Assembly: GCF_001194135.2 (NCBI RefSeq)
Contig: NC_068983.1
Coordinates: 52,970,280 to 53,034,279 of the forward strand
Reading direction: 5' to 3'
DNA length: 64,000 nucleotides
Source of the DNA: Octopus bimaculoides
Lineage: Eukaryota
Part shown: positions 25,183 through 39,501 of the stretch, piece after piece
How the letters are laid out: each line of letters starts with the position of its first letter
Numbering within the stretch: the first letter of the stretch is position 1
The notes under the pieces: model-generated
Databases searched by the model: none
What the model was told of the DNA's origin: nothing
Seen by the model: only the letters and a program-made list of their open reading frames with translations
Program-made: the position numbers and the translations under genes

Positions 25183-25230
25183 CTGGCAGGTAACTCTTTT
25201 ACAAAATTCAAATGGCTTCCAGTTCTCCAT
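25183..25230 (-). CDS. Candidate first coding segment MENWKPFEFCKRVTCQ within a 131-nt exon (25183-25313)
   Basis: Strong acceptor atgtctcctttttttcag; in-frame upstream TGA; Kozak-like gacATGg; donor cag|gtatca. Confidence 0.3.
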
Positions 25231-25396
25231 GTCAGCTAACTTTTTCTCAACTACATCTTTAGTCTTAATGCTCTCCAACGCTGTTGACTGTTCCCCAATG
25301 CATCAAGCTGTTTCTGAAAAAAAGGAGACATTAAAAAACTTCAAATTTAGCCTAAACACCCTTTCTATATACACATACATACATATATGTGTGTGC

Positions 25397-25429
<33 letters not shown>

Positions 25430-25977
25430 CAGGGTGTTCCAAAAAGATGTACTCACTCTTTGATTTCCCAGTACTCATGCATTTTGTGTTCAAGTAGATG
25501 TTTATTGATATACATACAATCCTAAAAAGTTAAATTAAATTCAGGAAAATAAATTATTATAGAAACGATTATTTATTGTCATTTAGAATTATTTTAATGT
25601 TCTCTCTCATTCCTGCATGTTCGCAAATGTTCAAACTGCCTTCCTTCATTTTCCAAACAAAGCTGATAATGTCCAGCAATGGATCCGACAACATTGCCAA
25701 GTATTCCATTTGGAATTGCAAGACATTGTATTCGAATTTCATTTTTCAAATCATCAATTGTCACTGGCTTTGCAGCATAAACCTTATCTTTGAGATGTCC
25801 CCATAAAAAAAAATCCATTGGCGTGAGGTCTGGAGAACGTGCAGGAAATTCAACGCTACCTCTCCTCCCAATCCATTTGTTTGGATTTGTTGCATCGAGG
25901 TAAGCCCGTACATCACAAAAGACAATACATTAGTAATTATCTGTCAAAGAGTGAGTACATCTTTTTGGGACACCCAG
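25430..25977 (-). mobile_element. Internally deleted mariner/maT-type transposon
   Basis: 34-bp TIRs (CAGGGTGTTCCAAAAAGATGTACTCACTCTTTGA, 2 mismatches) flanked by TA; retains WIGRRGSVEFPARSPDLTPMDFFLWGHLK. Confidence 0.92.
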
Positions 25978-27029
25978 TATACATATATATATATATATAT
26001 ATAACAAATTGATATACAGTTTTAATTTTATTCACTGCTATGAACATTCAAACTTACACCTTCTGTTTTGAACATGTTAATTTATCAACATTGAAACNNN
26101 NNNNNNNNNNNNNNNNNNNNNNNNNNNNNNNNNNNNNNNNNNNNNNNNNNNNNNNNNNNNNNNNNNNNNNNNNNNNNNNNNNNNNNNNNNNNNNNNNNNN
26201 NNNNNNNNNNNNNNNNNNNNNNNNNNNNNNNNNNNNNNNNNNNNNNNNNNNNNNNNNNNNNNNNNNNNNNNNNNNNNNNNNNNNNNNNNNNNNNNNNNNN
26301 NNNNNNNNNNNNNNNNNNNNNNNNNNNNNNNNNNNNNNNNNNNNNNNNNNNNNNNNNNNNNNNNNNNNNNNNNTATATATATATATATATATATATATGG
26401 GAGAGAGAGAGTAATGAACTATCAAAAATGGTGAGTGTGTCCTTGTTTGATCCTTTTGAGTTATTGATCTTTTGTTTTTGGGTCATTATTGTTTTAACCC
26501 TTAACATCTGTTGACATTCCACAAGGCTCAATACCCTAGGGTATTTTTCATAGAGTTCACTCTAAAAGAAGTATTCAGTTTAGGTTTCTCATAGGGAGAC
26601 AATCATGACTACATGATGCACTGGTTCCCAGCATACTTATTATACAGTGCCACTGTTGGAAATAAAGATGGCTAAGGTTTCCCAGTGGAAGCCAGCTACC
26701 GGATAAAACAAAGGCAGGTTATGTAGGCAATGACATAAAAAACTGTCCTGGGGCATACTCTTATATTTTTATTATCTCAATTCATGACTGGTGCCTCAGA
26801 AAGCACAGAAGTTCAAGAAGCTTTTCTGCAACACTGACACACAACTGAACCTCAAACAAGGATTGATGTAGAGCTTGGAGACAACTTGAGATTTCTGATC
26901 TTCCTTCTTCTCTTCCGCTATACCAGGAAACAGTAAAATGCAAATCAATGAGCCAACAAGGGATCTGCTTCATCGCTACTTCAGATCACACCTTATTGTC
27001 TTAGAAAAGTTATGCTGAATACTCTCTTT

Positions 27030-27360
27030 TACTTGTTTCAATCATTTGACTGCGGCCATGCTGGAGCACCGCCTTTAGTTGGGCAAATTGACCCCAGGAC
27101 TTATTCTTTGTAAGCCTAGTACTTATTCTATCGGTCTCTTAGGCCGAACCACTAAGTTACGGGGACGTAAACACACCAGCATCGGTTGTCAAGCGATGTT
27201 GGTGGTGGGGGGGCACAAACACACAAACACATATATGTACATATATACGACAGGCTTCTTTCAGCTTCCGTCTACCAAATCCACTCACAAGGCTTTGGTC
27301 AGCCCGAGGCTATACACTTGCCCAAAGTGCCACGCAGTGGGACTGAACCCAGAACCATGA
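27030..27360 (-). mobile_element. SINE A
   Basis: Reverse-complement match to family A with many CpGs intact. Confidence 0.85.
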
Positions 27361-27418
27361 ATATTGAGGTTCTAGAGAGAGAGAGAGAGAAAAGACCCAG
27401 ATGACTGAGGTTGGATCA

Positions 27419-27598
27419 AAGGTCTGCTCAGTCAAGGCTGACCTAGGGTCACACAGTATATGAACAATGAGGGAATTTCAAAAGGTTGCTCTACAGGAAG
27501 ATCATCTGGCAGTGTCTGTTTGATGTCTAACCTGAGGATAAGGACATAGGAACAGAGGTGGCTGTTTAGCCCTGGGTCAAAACTCATCCAGCAAACCT
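27419..27598. mobile_element. Degenerate MITE-like element with about 38-bp inverted ends
   Basis: aggtctgctcagtcaaggctgacctagggtc vs ctgtttagccctgggtcaaaactcatccagcaaacct; related pieces near 37450 and 39060. Confidence 0.4.
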
Positions 27599-27639
27599 AG
27601 AATCACTGGCATTCTAGCTTTGACCATCATTTTATTAAT

Positions 27640-27880
27640 ATGTGGCACGAAAAAGCACCATCTGAACATAGCCGATGCCAGTACTGCCTGACTGGCTCCT
27701 GTGCCAGTAGCACGAAAAAGGACCCACTACACTCTCGGAGTGGTTGGCGTTAGGAAGGGCATCCAGCTGTAGAAACTCTGCCAAATCAGATTGAAGCCTG
27801 GTGTAGCCATCTGGTTCTCCAGACCTCAGTCAAACCGTCCAACCCATGCCAGCATGGTAAATGTACTTTATGATGATGAT
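27640..27880 (+). mobile_element. RTE-tail element
   Basis: Tail consensus plus (GAT)n. Confidence 0.8.
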
Positions 27881-28376
27881 ATATATTTGAGGCATAGGAC
27901 CCCTTGATGCTGCCATTTCTGGATGGTTGAGTAGATAATATAGGAGGTATGAGGGGATTTCCTTGCAATTTCTGAGGAAGACTCAATACGGTCGCTCTAC
28001 TTGCTAGAAACAGCAGCCAAATCCTACGCTATAACATTGGTTAACATTGTGTTCTCTCCATAAAGGAAAAAGAAAGTTTGGTCATGGTTGGAAGGCATTT
28101 GATCATTGGTCTATCAATAAAGGTTGACTTGATACTAAACAACGACATTAGTGGAAGACGATAGCAGGGGGAGGGGGAGAAAGAGAGAGAGAGAGCGAGG
28201 GGGGAGAAATGGTTAAAGCGCTTAAGTTAATCTTGGCTCATCAGTCAAATGGCTTTCTTTTAAAAGTGATCAACGATGGATGTGCCAACATTTATCCCAG
28301 CTTTCTTTTGCGTTTATGGTTTTGGTTCAATGTATTTCATCGGCGAAGATAAAGCGCGTGCGCACCACCCATTTCC

Positions 28377-28415
<39 letters not shown>

Positions 28416-28947
28416 TTTTTGCCAGAATTTTTTTGGATGTCTATGTTTTCGATATAGGAGAATACGATTTGGGCCGAAAATCACGTTTTCAAAATTTGAA
28501 TTCCCCCCCACCCCCACCCATCACCAATTTCTTAATTTTAAACTTTTTTCGAATTCTCTTTTTTCTTTTATCCACGTATAAAAAACAGAGATTACGAATC
28601 TGCGAATATATTTTAAAAAAATTTTAATTTTTCTTAAAGAAATACTAAAAGGCCCCCTTCCCCCACCAATCACCTCCCCACTTTGAAAATGATAAAAACG
28701 CCGGATGTTTTACTTTCCTCAGATGAATGGTATGCACGCGCTTTACCTTCGCCTTTTCATCTTTCCCAAATAGGGAGAAACTCACTGGACGAAAGGGCCA
28801 GATAAAAATATACTTTTCTCGCTCTTTTTTTCTTTGTTCAAATCTCACCAGCCTTTTATAATCTCAGGTAAGATGAAAATATGCACTATAAATTTACTAG
28901 TGTCATTTCACTAGACTCAAACTTAGCTGTGTGGTATTTTGCTAATG

Positions 28948-29190
28948 CAGTGGTTCCCAAACTAGGTTTACCAAAGACCGTACTGAGATCTGTGGGCTGC
29001 ATTATAAAATGTACGACTACTCATCTTCATATATCTTTCAACTAAGAGATGAAACTGAGAAGACGAGTTAGTTAACAAAATCGGCTTTTTGGATAGACTG
29101 ACCACTTAAAAGCCTGGGTGGTGGGTTCCCTCAGAAAATTCATTTAAATAAAAGGGCTTCTCTTATTAGCGAAAAGGTTGGCAATCACCA
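28948..29190. mobile_element. hAT (Charlie-like) MITE, old
   Basis: CAGTGGTTCCCAAACT left end; aggttggcaatcacca right end; imperfect 8-bp TSD tgctaatg/tactattg. Confidence 0.55.
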
Positions 29191-31825
29191 TACTATTGCA
29201 GGAAATGTTTAATTTATTATTATTATTTTTTTTTTACGAAGGAGAGCAAGGGATGACAAATAGGAAGACATTGGACAAAATATGGCATTTAATTGCCTTT
29301 ACTTTCTGAGTTGAAATCAAGGCGGAATAGTCATTGCCTTCCATTCTGAGATCGATAAAATAAGTAGCAGTTGAGCCACTAGAATTCTATTAAAATCAAC
29401 ATACACTTATTCGAAAATGTATAGCCTTGTGATGAAGTTACAAAGAAATCTCTATTTCTGCGTATTTGCGAGAATGACAGTATAGAATTTTAAGTTCACG
29501 ACAAAGGAATCAGTTGAACCACTTGATTTCAATTCCCAGCGGGAAAAGCAATTTATTTTACTTACATCTAAAATGCATTTCAGAGAAAAATAGAATGAAC
29601 ATCCACAACTGCAATATTTTTCATCTTCAATAAATAAAATAGAAAAAAGAAAGAAAGAAAAAACAAATAAACTGAAACAGAAAATCTCTCGTTTCATATC
29701 CGCGTAACAAAAACGAAAAGAAAAAGACCATTCTTCAGGTGGTGTTTTATCCCCAGAAATATCTTTCGTCTATTTTAGCATCATCACCATCTCCGTTGCA
29801 ACATCTATAAGGCCATGTTATAGATATACAATTAAAATTCTCATCGCTTTTACTAGCTCACCCATAACTGAAAATGTGTGGTTTTTATTACTCTTTATCT
29901 CACTTTTCGCCCGCAACCGAGTTAAATCATCTCTTAAACTCACCTGCAAGCTAAGTTATCGCTGACACAGCAGTTCGCTACTTCTCTTATCACTAGGATA
30001 AATAAATACTACATCTAGTCAGATTGTCTACGTTGAGTAGCGCAATTAGTTTCTTAGGGGAAATGCAGTCTTTTTGTGTTCTCTCGGTACAAGTAAACGA
30101 AAATGTTTGAAGCCCTATTCAAAACAAAACTACAGCACACGCACACCCTCACTGCTGAGAAGTCAGTTAAAACTTGTGTGTGAATGAGATGAAAAGACAA
30201 TGGGAAAAGTTGGAGGTTCGCTTTCAACTTAATGTAGCGGTTACCTTAACAGATTATGAACTTGTCAGTAATTTTCCAACAGTTACAAAATTAAACGAAA
30301 TCTAAGCAGAAAAATCAATCTATGGCTGGACAAAGTAGACGGTCATATGATTTTAGTTGAAGGGAAAAATGAGGTGATATTCTTTAGAGGTACAAAATGA
30401 AGTGGAGTGATTTTATCAGAGGACAAGACGTTGACCGCTTTCTTGTTCCACGACACATCACTAAATACAAAGTATAATATAACAAAAGAAAACTATTGTG
30501 TTCAAGTTTACTCGGGGAACTTAAACAACCTATTAAGGATATGTCAATTTTAACAAAAGACGAAATAAAATAACAATAAAAATTACTGACAAAACCTGGG
30601 TTTTTAGAATTCCATTGTTGAAATCATTATATATCTGTTCTAGGTCGATTGAAACAATTAATATTGATCGCAATATCAACGATACTGCTGGTAAAAAAAA
30701 AAAGCAAAACAAATTCTAAGACCAAGTCTTCAGATCACGTGACAACGAAAATTATAACACTTGTTTGTAATAAAACAAAACTAATTTAGTAATTATTAAT
30801 GGCCTTAATGCCAGAGGCCAATAACAGAAATCTTTACTTTAAAAAACTTTTGCGACACCGCGGACCACATCAGTGGGTTCGTCTTAAGTTACAATTTCTT
30901 TTTACTTTTTGTAATGTGTGAATGCACTCCTCTAACAAACATATATATTATATAATAAGGAGCACGTGTATGTTCTCTTAAGAAAAAGAAAACTAAACTC
31001 TCATCCCTTCTCATTTTGACTTTTTTTTTTTATTTCATACGTTATTTTTCTTCTTTCTCTAACACTCATGTTTTCAATAGCATACTTCGTTCGTTTGGTG
31101 GCTACTGTTTATCCATTAATATTCGTTTGCCAAGCAGCCGTTCATTCATTCATTCATTCGCTGAGGCCCACATACAGACACAAATGCTCTCTTCGTTTCA
31201 TCGATGCTTACAAGAACAGTTTCAATCTCGTTTTGCGTTCACTCACTCACTCACTTTTTTTACAACACGTTTCTACCAACTGTAAATTTATTTGATTTAC
31301 TAAGAATTTCATGGAAAAAACGAAAGCCAAAATATATTTCACTGATCCTCAACAGCAGATTTATTTTCATTAACAAAATATTAAGTAAATAAATGACCCA
31401 ATTTTTATCCGCAATTTACTAATTATACGCACACCCACACAAACATAACTCTCTCTCTCTCTCTCTCTACACACTCACACACGTGTGTGTATGTTTGTTT
31501 TTATGTCAAGTAATAAAACCAATTTTAGATTAAACTGAAGGGTTACTCAATATTTTTTGGGAGGGTACATGAAAGCTAGCAGACCGAAACTTCGAAGTCA
31601 TTGTCAACACTATTTTGTGAAAGAATATCACACACACACACTAATATTTCTATCTCACAATATATATAGATATACATTTGAATTTATATATATATACATA
31701 CATATGCATATATATATATATATACATATCCACACATATATATCTACATTATATATATATACATATATATATATGTATGTATATATGTATAGACCACCTG
31801 TGAACTAAAACCCTATATTTTGTAT

Positions 31826-32079
31826 ATACACATGTATATATATATATACACACACATATATATATATATACACACACATATATATATATATATACACACA
31901 TATATATATATATATATACACACACATATATATATATATATACACACACATATATATATATATATACACACACACATATATATATATACACACACACACA
32001 TATATATATATACACACACACACATATATATATATACACACACACATATATATATACACACACACACATATATATATAT

Positions 32080-32142
<63 letters not shown>
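31826..32142. repeat. (CA)n(TA)m compound minisatellite
   Basis: Alternating blocks with a period of about 18-20 bp. Confidence 0.9.
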
Positions 32143-32146
<4 letters not shown>

Positions 32147-34208
32147 AGTAAATTGTTGAGAAATATTCACAATCACAGAACTACCCACTAACGCTTTTTT
32201 CAATAGATGTGTTCGTGACATATACACAGATTTTACACTGTCAAACACTAATTTACTTTCAAACAACAACAGCAATAATAATAATAATAAAGACCGAAAA
32301 GAAGAAATAAAAGACAAACAAAACTTGCGCACCTGCTCCTGTCAACTTTACTCAGCCGTGTTTATACAATCGTACTGACAAAACACGACATGCATCTGCA
32401 TAATTAATCACACATCTTAGAATGAAATAAATAAAACAATATATAAAATCAAACAGTAAACAAATTAAACATATATATACATATAATATTCGTCGTATAC
32501 ATTTTTTTAGCGTTATCATACAAGACTACTTCCATTATATGTTATAAAAGCCGAAAGAATAGGATAATTGCAGTACAAACATCTAATTGTTCATTCCAGA
32601 ATAGAAATGTGGATCGCTCAAGTTGAAGTGTTATTCGAGCGCAAATTAGATTTTTTAAAACATTTTATGATCTTTTCTGAAAACTTTACAACATTTATAT
32701 TTTTATAAATAATATAAGTGCATACACATATCCACATGCATACCTGTGATTCACACAGGTCATTAAGGTACTGTAAAGTCTCACACACACACACTCTCTC
32801 TCTCTCTGTGTATATATATAAACAATTTTTTTTGCTTAATATTCTAAGGAATACATATATAGGAGAAATGCTATTTAACTGTATTTGCAGAGCTTTTCAC
32901 CTTGTTATTTTCTTTCTCTCTCACTTTCTCTTTCGATCGTCTCACGACTTTTCACATGCTTTTCTATCTCGCACTGTCACTCTTTAAACATATGTTCTTT
33001 CTTTTAAAAGAAAAACAAAAGCTTGTTATTAAGTCCGTCCTCTGAACGATGGGGCAGAAAAGTGCCGCATGAGCGGAGAAAACTCTACCAAATACACACA
33101 CACACACACACACATATATATATTTGCAATCATTCTTCGTTAGTTGATATACATCTGTGCAGTTCTGATCAAGATGAAAAAAAAAAAACAAACCTTGCAG
33201 AAAAAAAAAATTTAAATAAAAGATTTTTGATATTAAAGAACAAAAAGATAGCGCTTTCCAGTTTTGGATTTTCTGTGTTAATCGACTTTTTTTTTATCGC
33301 CGTCTTCAGCGGGACTTTCCTTATTTCTCCCGAGCCTTCGGAATTCATTTTTTTATGTATACATATCTATATATATATATCCGTGACAGAGTAAGCTTTA
33401 AGTGGGTAGTAAAAAAATCAGCTTCTCCTCGATTTTTCTTTTTTCTTTTTCTTGACCGTTGTCGTTTACTGTCTTTCGATTCTCTCTCACTCTTTATCAT
33501 TCTCCTTCTCTTTCTCTCTCTCTCTCACACTCACATTCAGTTTTATGATACATCTATTCAAATACACGCTTTCTTTCTCTCGCTTTCAGTTTTTCTCCGA
33601 TGCAGGCACACACACACACACGTTCATTCATTCATTCATTCATTCATTCGCGCTCACTTTTTAAAACATTTACTCGTTCATTCATTCATTCGTACATTCA
33701 CTCTCTTTTCAACACGGATACTGCTAAACATTGGTACGCACACACAGACACAACCACAGATACACTTACACAGTTTCTCTTTCTTTTCTTATCTATTGAA
33801 GCATGTGTCTTCATCCAGTCATGCAAGATGCCAGCAACACCTCCAGTCTGAATCGGAGCAACTACACACAGCCGTCAGCAAGGGCTTCGAGGGTAGTAAA
33901 GGATGGGGAGCAATGATGGTCTGTGATAACCAAGGCGAAGCACTTTACACATGGCTTGTTTGGATGTAGTCTTGTCTTACTCGTCATTTGAACACTGTTC
34001 CAACTGTTCTGCAGATGTCGGAGTTATAAATGGCGGCTGCTGCCGCCGCCACCGCCACGTTGTATCTGCGTATTCGCCGCCGCCGCCGCTGCTAACACAA
34101 CCATTACTACTGTATTAACAACCTGAACCAACAGTACCACCGGCTAAACTACATTATTAACATCATCGTCCACTTCAAGTGTTGCTGTAAAATTCACCAA
34201 GCAAGATT

Positions 34209-34286
<78 letters not shown>

Positions 34287-34660
34287 ACCAGAGCTACAAG
34301 TACCACGTTTGTCGGATAGTGGCGGTGACGGAGGAGGTAGCAGCGGCGGCGGCAAAGAGACGCCGTCACTACTTCCGACGCACACTCAGTCTCTTCTTGC
34401 ACGTCGCTGTCGTCTGCATCCATCCATTTCTCTCTCTCTCTTTCTCTCCCTCTTTTCTCTTCCTCTCTGTCTCACTCTCTTTTACTCTATTTCATTCAAT
34501 TCTCTTCTGCATCTCTTTCCTTTTTTTTTCTCCTCTCTCTCTTTCTCACTAGCATTTCTAATTGACTTACTTTCACTCCACATCACTCTCTTTCTCGCTT
34601 TCTTCACACGCACTCACGCACACATTTCACACTCACATACGCATACACTTTATCTAATTC

Positions 34661-34745
34661 CTCTCTTTGTAGCTGTCAGTCTGTTTCTCTCTCCCTTCCT
34701 CCTCTCTCTCTCTCTATACACACACATATATACATACATACATAT

Positions 34746-34790
<45 letters not shown>

Positions 34791-35020
34791 CATATACACG
34801 CACATATCTACATACACTCTGTTTCATCCAATCCCTCTCTTTGTAGCTGTCAGTCTGTTTCTCTCTCCCTTCTTCCTCTCTCTCTCTATATACATACATA
34901 TATATATACACATATATACATATACACGCACGTATCTACATACACTCTACACTCCATACGTACACTTACACTCTGTTTCATCCAATCCCTCTCTTTGTAG
35001 CTGTCAGTCTGTTCTTCTCT
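34661..35020. repeat. Three direct copies of ctctctttgtagctgtcagtctgtt in units of about 155-175 bp
   Basis: Copies at 34661, 34835 and 34989. Confidence 0.85.
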
Positions 35021-35197
35021 CACTCACTCCTTCTCTCTCCCCTTCACTCTCTCTCTCACTCACTCACAGTTCTACTCTCACTCCCCCTCGCTCTATCTAT
35101 CTACCAGTGTTCTAATACACACTCACACACCGCCTATGGACTTTACTCGTCGTCTGCTTTCTTCCAATTCCACTGTCCGTTACGTTGGACTAAAACA

Positions 35198-35288
35198 ATG
35201 AAGATTGTTATGTTTAGTGTGGTGACTGTTATTGTCTTCTCCTGTTTTACGCTGCTTATTAATAGCAAATGCCTGGAGGATGAGGACG
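35198..35288 (+). CDS. Probable first coding exon of a secreted or membrane protein (signal peptide MKIVMFSVVTVIVFSCFTLLINSKCLEDED)
   Basis: aaacaATG context; basic n-region, hydrophobic core and polar c-region; phase-1 donor G|GTAAGT; lies in the CpG-rich domain. No downstream exon identified. Confidence 0.6.
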
Positions 35289-35660
35289 GTAAGTTCAAAC
35301 ATTTAAAAAAAAAAAACAGAAAAAAAGAAAATCCTATAATTTCCCCCCTCCCCNNNNNNNNNNCCCCTCCCCCCATTAAATGTATATGCAATCGCACGTA
35401 TATATATATATATATATATGCATAAATGTATACACATAGAGACTACATACATACATGCATGCAAGCATACATATATGCAACGATGTGTGTATTTATATAC
35501 ACACATACATACATGCTATATACATGTATACATATGTAGATAAATATACATACATGCGCACATTTATGCAGAAATATTTATACATACAGAGTAATATACA
35601 TATATACTTACTATATACATACAGACTAATATACATATATACATACTATATACATATGCT

Positions 35661-35700
<40 letters not shown>

Positions 35701-36556
35701 GTTCATATTCATACATACATACATACACAAATGTATGTATATATATATAGACTAATATACTTGCACAAATATATACATAAACATAATATATACAACATAT
35801 ATACATGAATATAATATATGCAACATATACATAAATATATAAACATATGTACACACATGCATACACACGTACATATATACATAAATACACATATATACAT
35901 ATATATACACATATACATAAATACACATATACATAGATACATAAATATATAAACATGTACACACATACATATATACACACACATGTATATATATATATAT
36001 ATATTTATATATATACATTCACACCTCTTAGTATGTTTTGCTTCAATAATTATACATTTCTATAAAAAAATTTTTGTTTAATTCATTTTATAATTTCCTT
36101 TAATAATGCTGTAAGTTTTTTTATTTAAAAAAAATATCAAATATTTAAAAAAAAAATATTTTTATTATTTTCGTTCATTTTTCTGAATTCTCCAATGTGT
36201 TATTACTAAAAAAAAAAATAATAATAAATGAACAACAACAACAATAATAATAATAATGATAATAATAATAATAAATGAACAATAATAATAATAATGATAA
36301 TTAATCAAAGGGAATATTTCCTACTCTTGGCTCAACCAGATCGAAATTGTGAATAAACCACCTTCTAGAAGGATGGGGGAGACTTTAATTTATTGTCTTT
36401 GCCTTTATGTCGCCTTTATATTGTTGTAATATTGCTGTTATATTGACTTATTACTTGGTAAATGTTCACTCTTCTATACTTCCTATTTAAATTTATTTCA
36501 TTGTTAAATAAAATCAATGCGTGTGTGTGAATAATATACGCGCACACGCACATGAT

Positions 36557-36650
<94 letters not shown>

Positions 36651-36823
36651 ATACGTATATGATACACGTACGTGTGTATATCATGGGCATATATGATACA
36701 TATACATATGTATGTCATATATATATGTGATATAAATACAATTGTATATGATCTTATTGTATTTTGCTGCACATAAATTGACATACATATACTGAAACCA
36801 CTTATAAACACCGAAAGATTTTT

Positions 36824-36861
<38 letters not shown>

Positions 36862-38293
36862 CACGTGTGTGTGATATCGAGAAAAAAAAATGAGAACTTT
36901 CAGTCGTGTCGATAAGCGGTAACACGAAACCTGGAGTAACGAAGATGTAATAATCTGTTTTAAAATATTGGTGTTCACTCAACTTTATGTTTTGAGTGCT
37001 TGTTTTTCCTTATGGTTGTACCTATTGATAGACACATACATGCATACATGTGTATAGATGTGTGTGTATGCATCACATAAATCATAGTTGTATGCGTTGC
37101 ACACTAAAAATGCACGTACATGCACACACATATATATATTTATTCACTGAACTTCCTTTCATTTTGAATATTGCATTATGAATATGTCGAAACTTTTGCA
37201 CATACGTACGATCATACATACATACAAAGATACATACAAACGTATGAAAATACATACGAACATACATACACACATGCATATAAACATACGAGTAAACTGG
37301 GGTGACTACGCGATCGGTCAACCTGCTAGAAATAACATTCAGATTTCACTGTTACTTTTAGTAAATATGAGAATGGACAATGCATGTTTTAAAATAAACA
37401 CCTAAATATACGAGATGGTCACATATAGAACGCTTTTGAGAACCTAAATCTGCTCGATCAAGCCTGACCTAGGGCTAAATAAAGGCAGCTACTCATACAA
37501 CCATTTAAACTTCTACGTAAATATATATGTATATATATATATGTATATATATNNNNNNNNNNNNNNNNNNNNNNNNNNNNNNNNTATATATATATATATA
37601 TATTCACATATACACATATGTATTATATTGATATATAACACACTCTTGCGTATTCAACTCGTACATTTACTTTTTTTCATATATATAGTACTAATGTATA
37701 TATAACCTTTTGTTATTTTATTATTTGTATACATACATTCTCGACAGGGAATTAACTATTATCATAAGCCCTTAGATAATAAGTAGTAATTGTAAATAAA
37801 TATGTTTAATCTGCTGTTTAGTCCCAAACAACAGACCTTGCAAACCTCTGACCAAAGCCATTCCAACCGTAACCGCATTTTTTCCCGGGTATAATGCATT
37901 CCTACGATGTAATACGAGGGATATTTGACTGCTATTTCTAACAGATCGAGCCACACAGATCGAAGATTTTTCCGTTGATTAATCTGTTCTATAGTGCAGC
38001 TATATACTGCTATCAAATACACATACATACCATTTTATACAGTTGTCTCTAATATATTTATTTGACTTGCTAAGGAAATCATTTAGACTTCCCTGTGCAT
38101 GCATATATACACACCCTGTTCGTAATGCCATACGTATATACACGCACACAAATGTACACATGTCTATAAATATTTAACTCGTGAAACAATGGTGAAACTG
38201 TATGTACAGTGTACATCGTACACACCCTGTTATATATGCCTGCACAAACACGCATCATTGCACTGATGCTTGATATACACTATGATTAATTTC

Positions 38294-38341
<48 letters not shown>

Positions 38342-39469
38342 GTGTGTATGTGTGTAGGAATTTATCAATGATCAAATAATATCTATGTGCGGATGGGTGT
38401 CTATATATTATGTATGCGTATGTGCATAAACAAACAAGAGGAAGAAATACTGACAGAAAGCTACAGTCATACACGCATTTTCCCTCCCCCATCACTCATT
38501 CAGACCTCCATCCACATGTACTGGCGATTGTTCTGACATATAGTGTACATATGCATTCAATATGTACACATCATAAATACATTTGCCACAGTTAAATTGA
38601 TGTATAATTGATGTCACATTCACAGAACGTACGTACGTATGTATGTATGTATGCCTATATATGTGATGTATGTATGTATGTATGCCTATATATGTGATGT
38701 ATGTATGTATGTGAATATGCGGGCGGTGTGTTGTCAAACTCACCACTACAAAATCGCCACCATGTCATTGCACTATCTCTCCCCCACCGCCTCTACCACT
38801 ACCATCGAGAGTGCATAACAAGAGCACTCGGTGATGTGCTTGTAGCAACATGCACGATCACCGATACAGGCTCACACACAACATTAGACGTATACACACC
38901 AGTAGACATTAGCATCGGGGGAATCTCTGTTGCCTCTCAACCTGTTACAAATAGCACCCCCACTCGATAAAAAAAAACAACAAAAAAAAAAGAAAAAGAA
39001 AACGGAACAACAGTGTCTGAAACACAGATGAGATGGTCATGTCTGGTATGTCTCTGATCGTAGACCTGCTCAATCAGATCTGACCATGGGCTAAACAAGA
39101 GCAGCCGCAGACAGACAGACACACACACATTTACTACTATAGATAGATATATATCCATCCTGCCGTGCAGACATACGTACACTTCACACCGCACATTCAC
39201 ACCAGCATCGGCATTCATACTACAACATACAGATGCGTACACACGTACACATGCATACAGATACACACATGCGGTCATATATACATAGTGACACACACAC
39301 TCACACACTACATACAGATTTATTATTATACACACGCTCACCTACATTTGTATCCCTGTGTGTAGTATAATATAAGTATATTACTACACACATACATACA
39401 GATGTATTGCTACACATATGTGTATTACCACACGTTACACGCAACCCAGAGATGTACACCACATACACA

Positions 39470-39501
<32 letters not shown>

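Noticed and set aside
25303-25305. In-frame TGA (TA*CIG) as possible selenocysteine
   Set aside because: No known selenoprotein motif, and I found no SECIS-like AUGA..AA..GA stem downstream of the last candidate exon; an upstream UTR stop is simpler
33355-35115. 204-aa and 268-aa ORFs
   Set aside because: Low-complexity CT/CA/CATT-derived composition; no domain; likely UTR or promoter sequence
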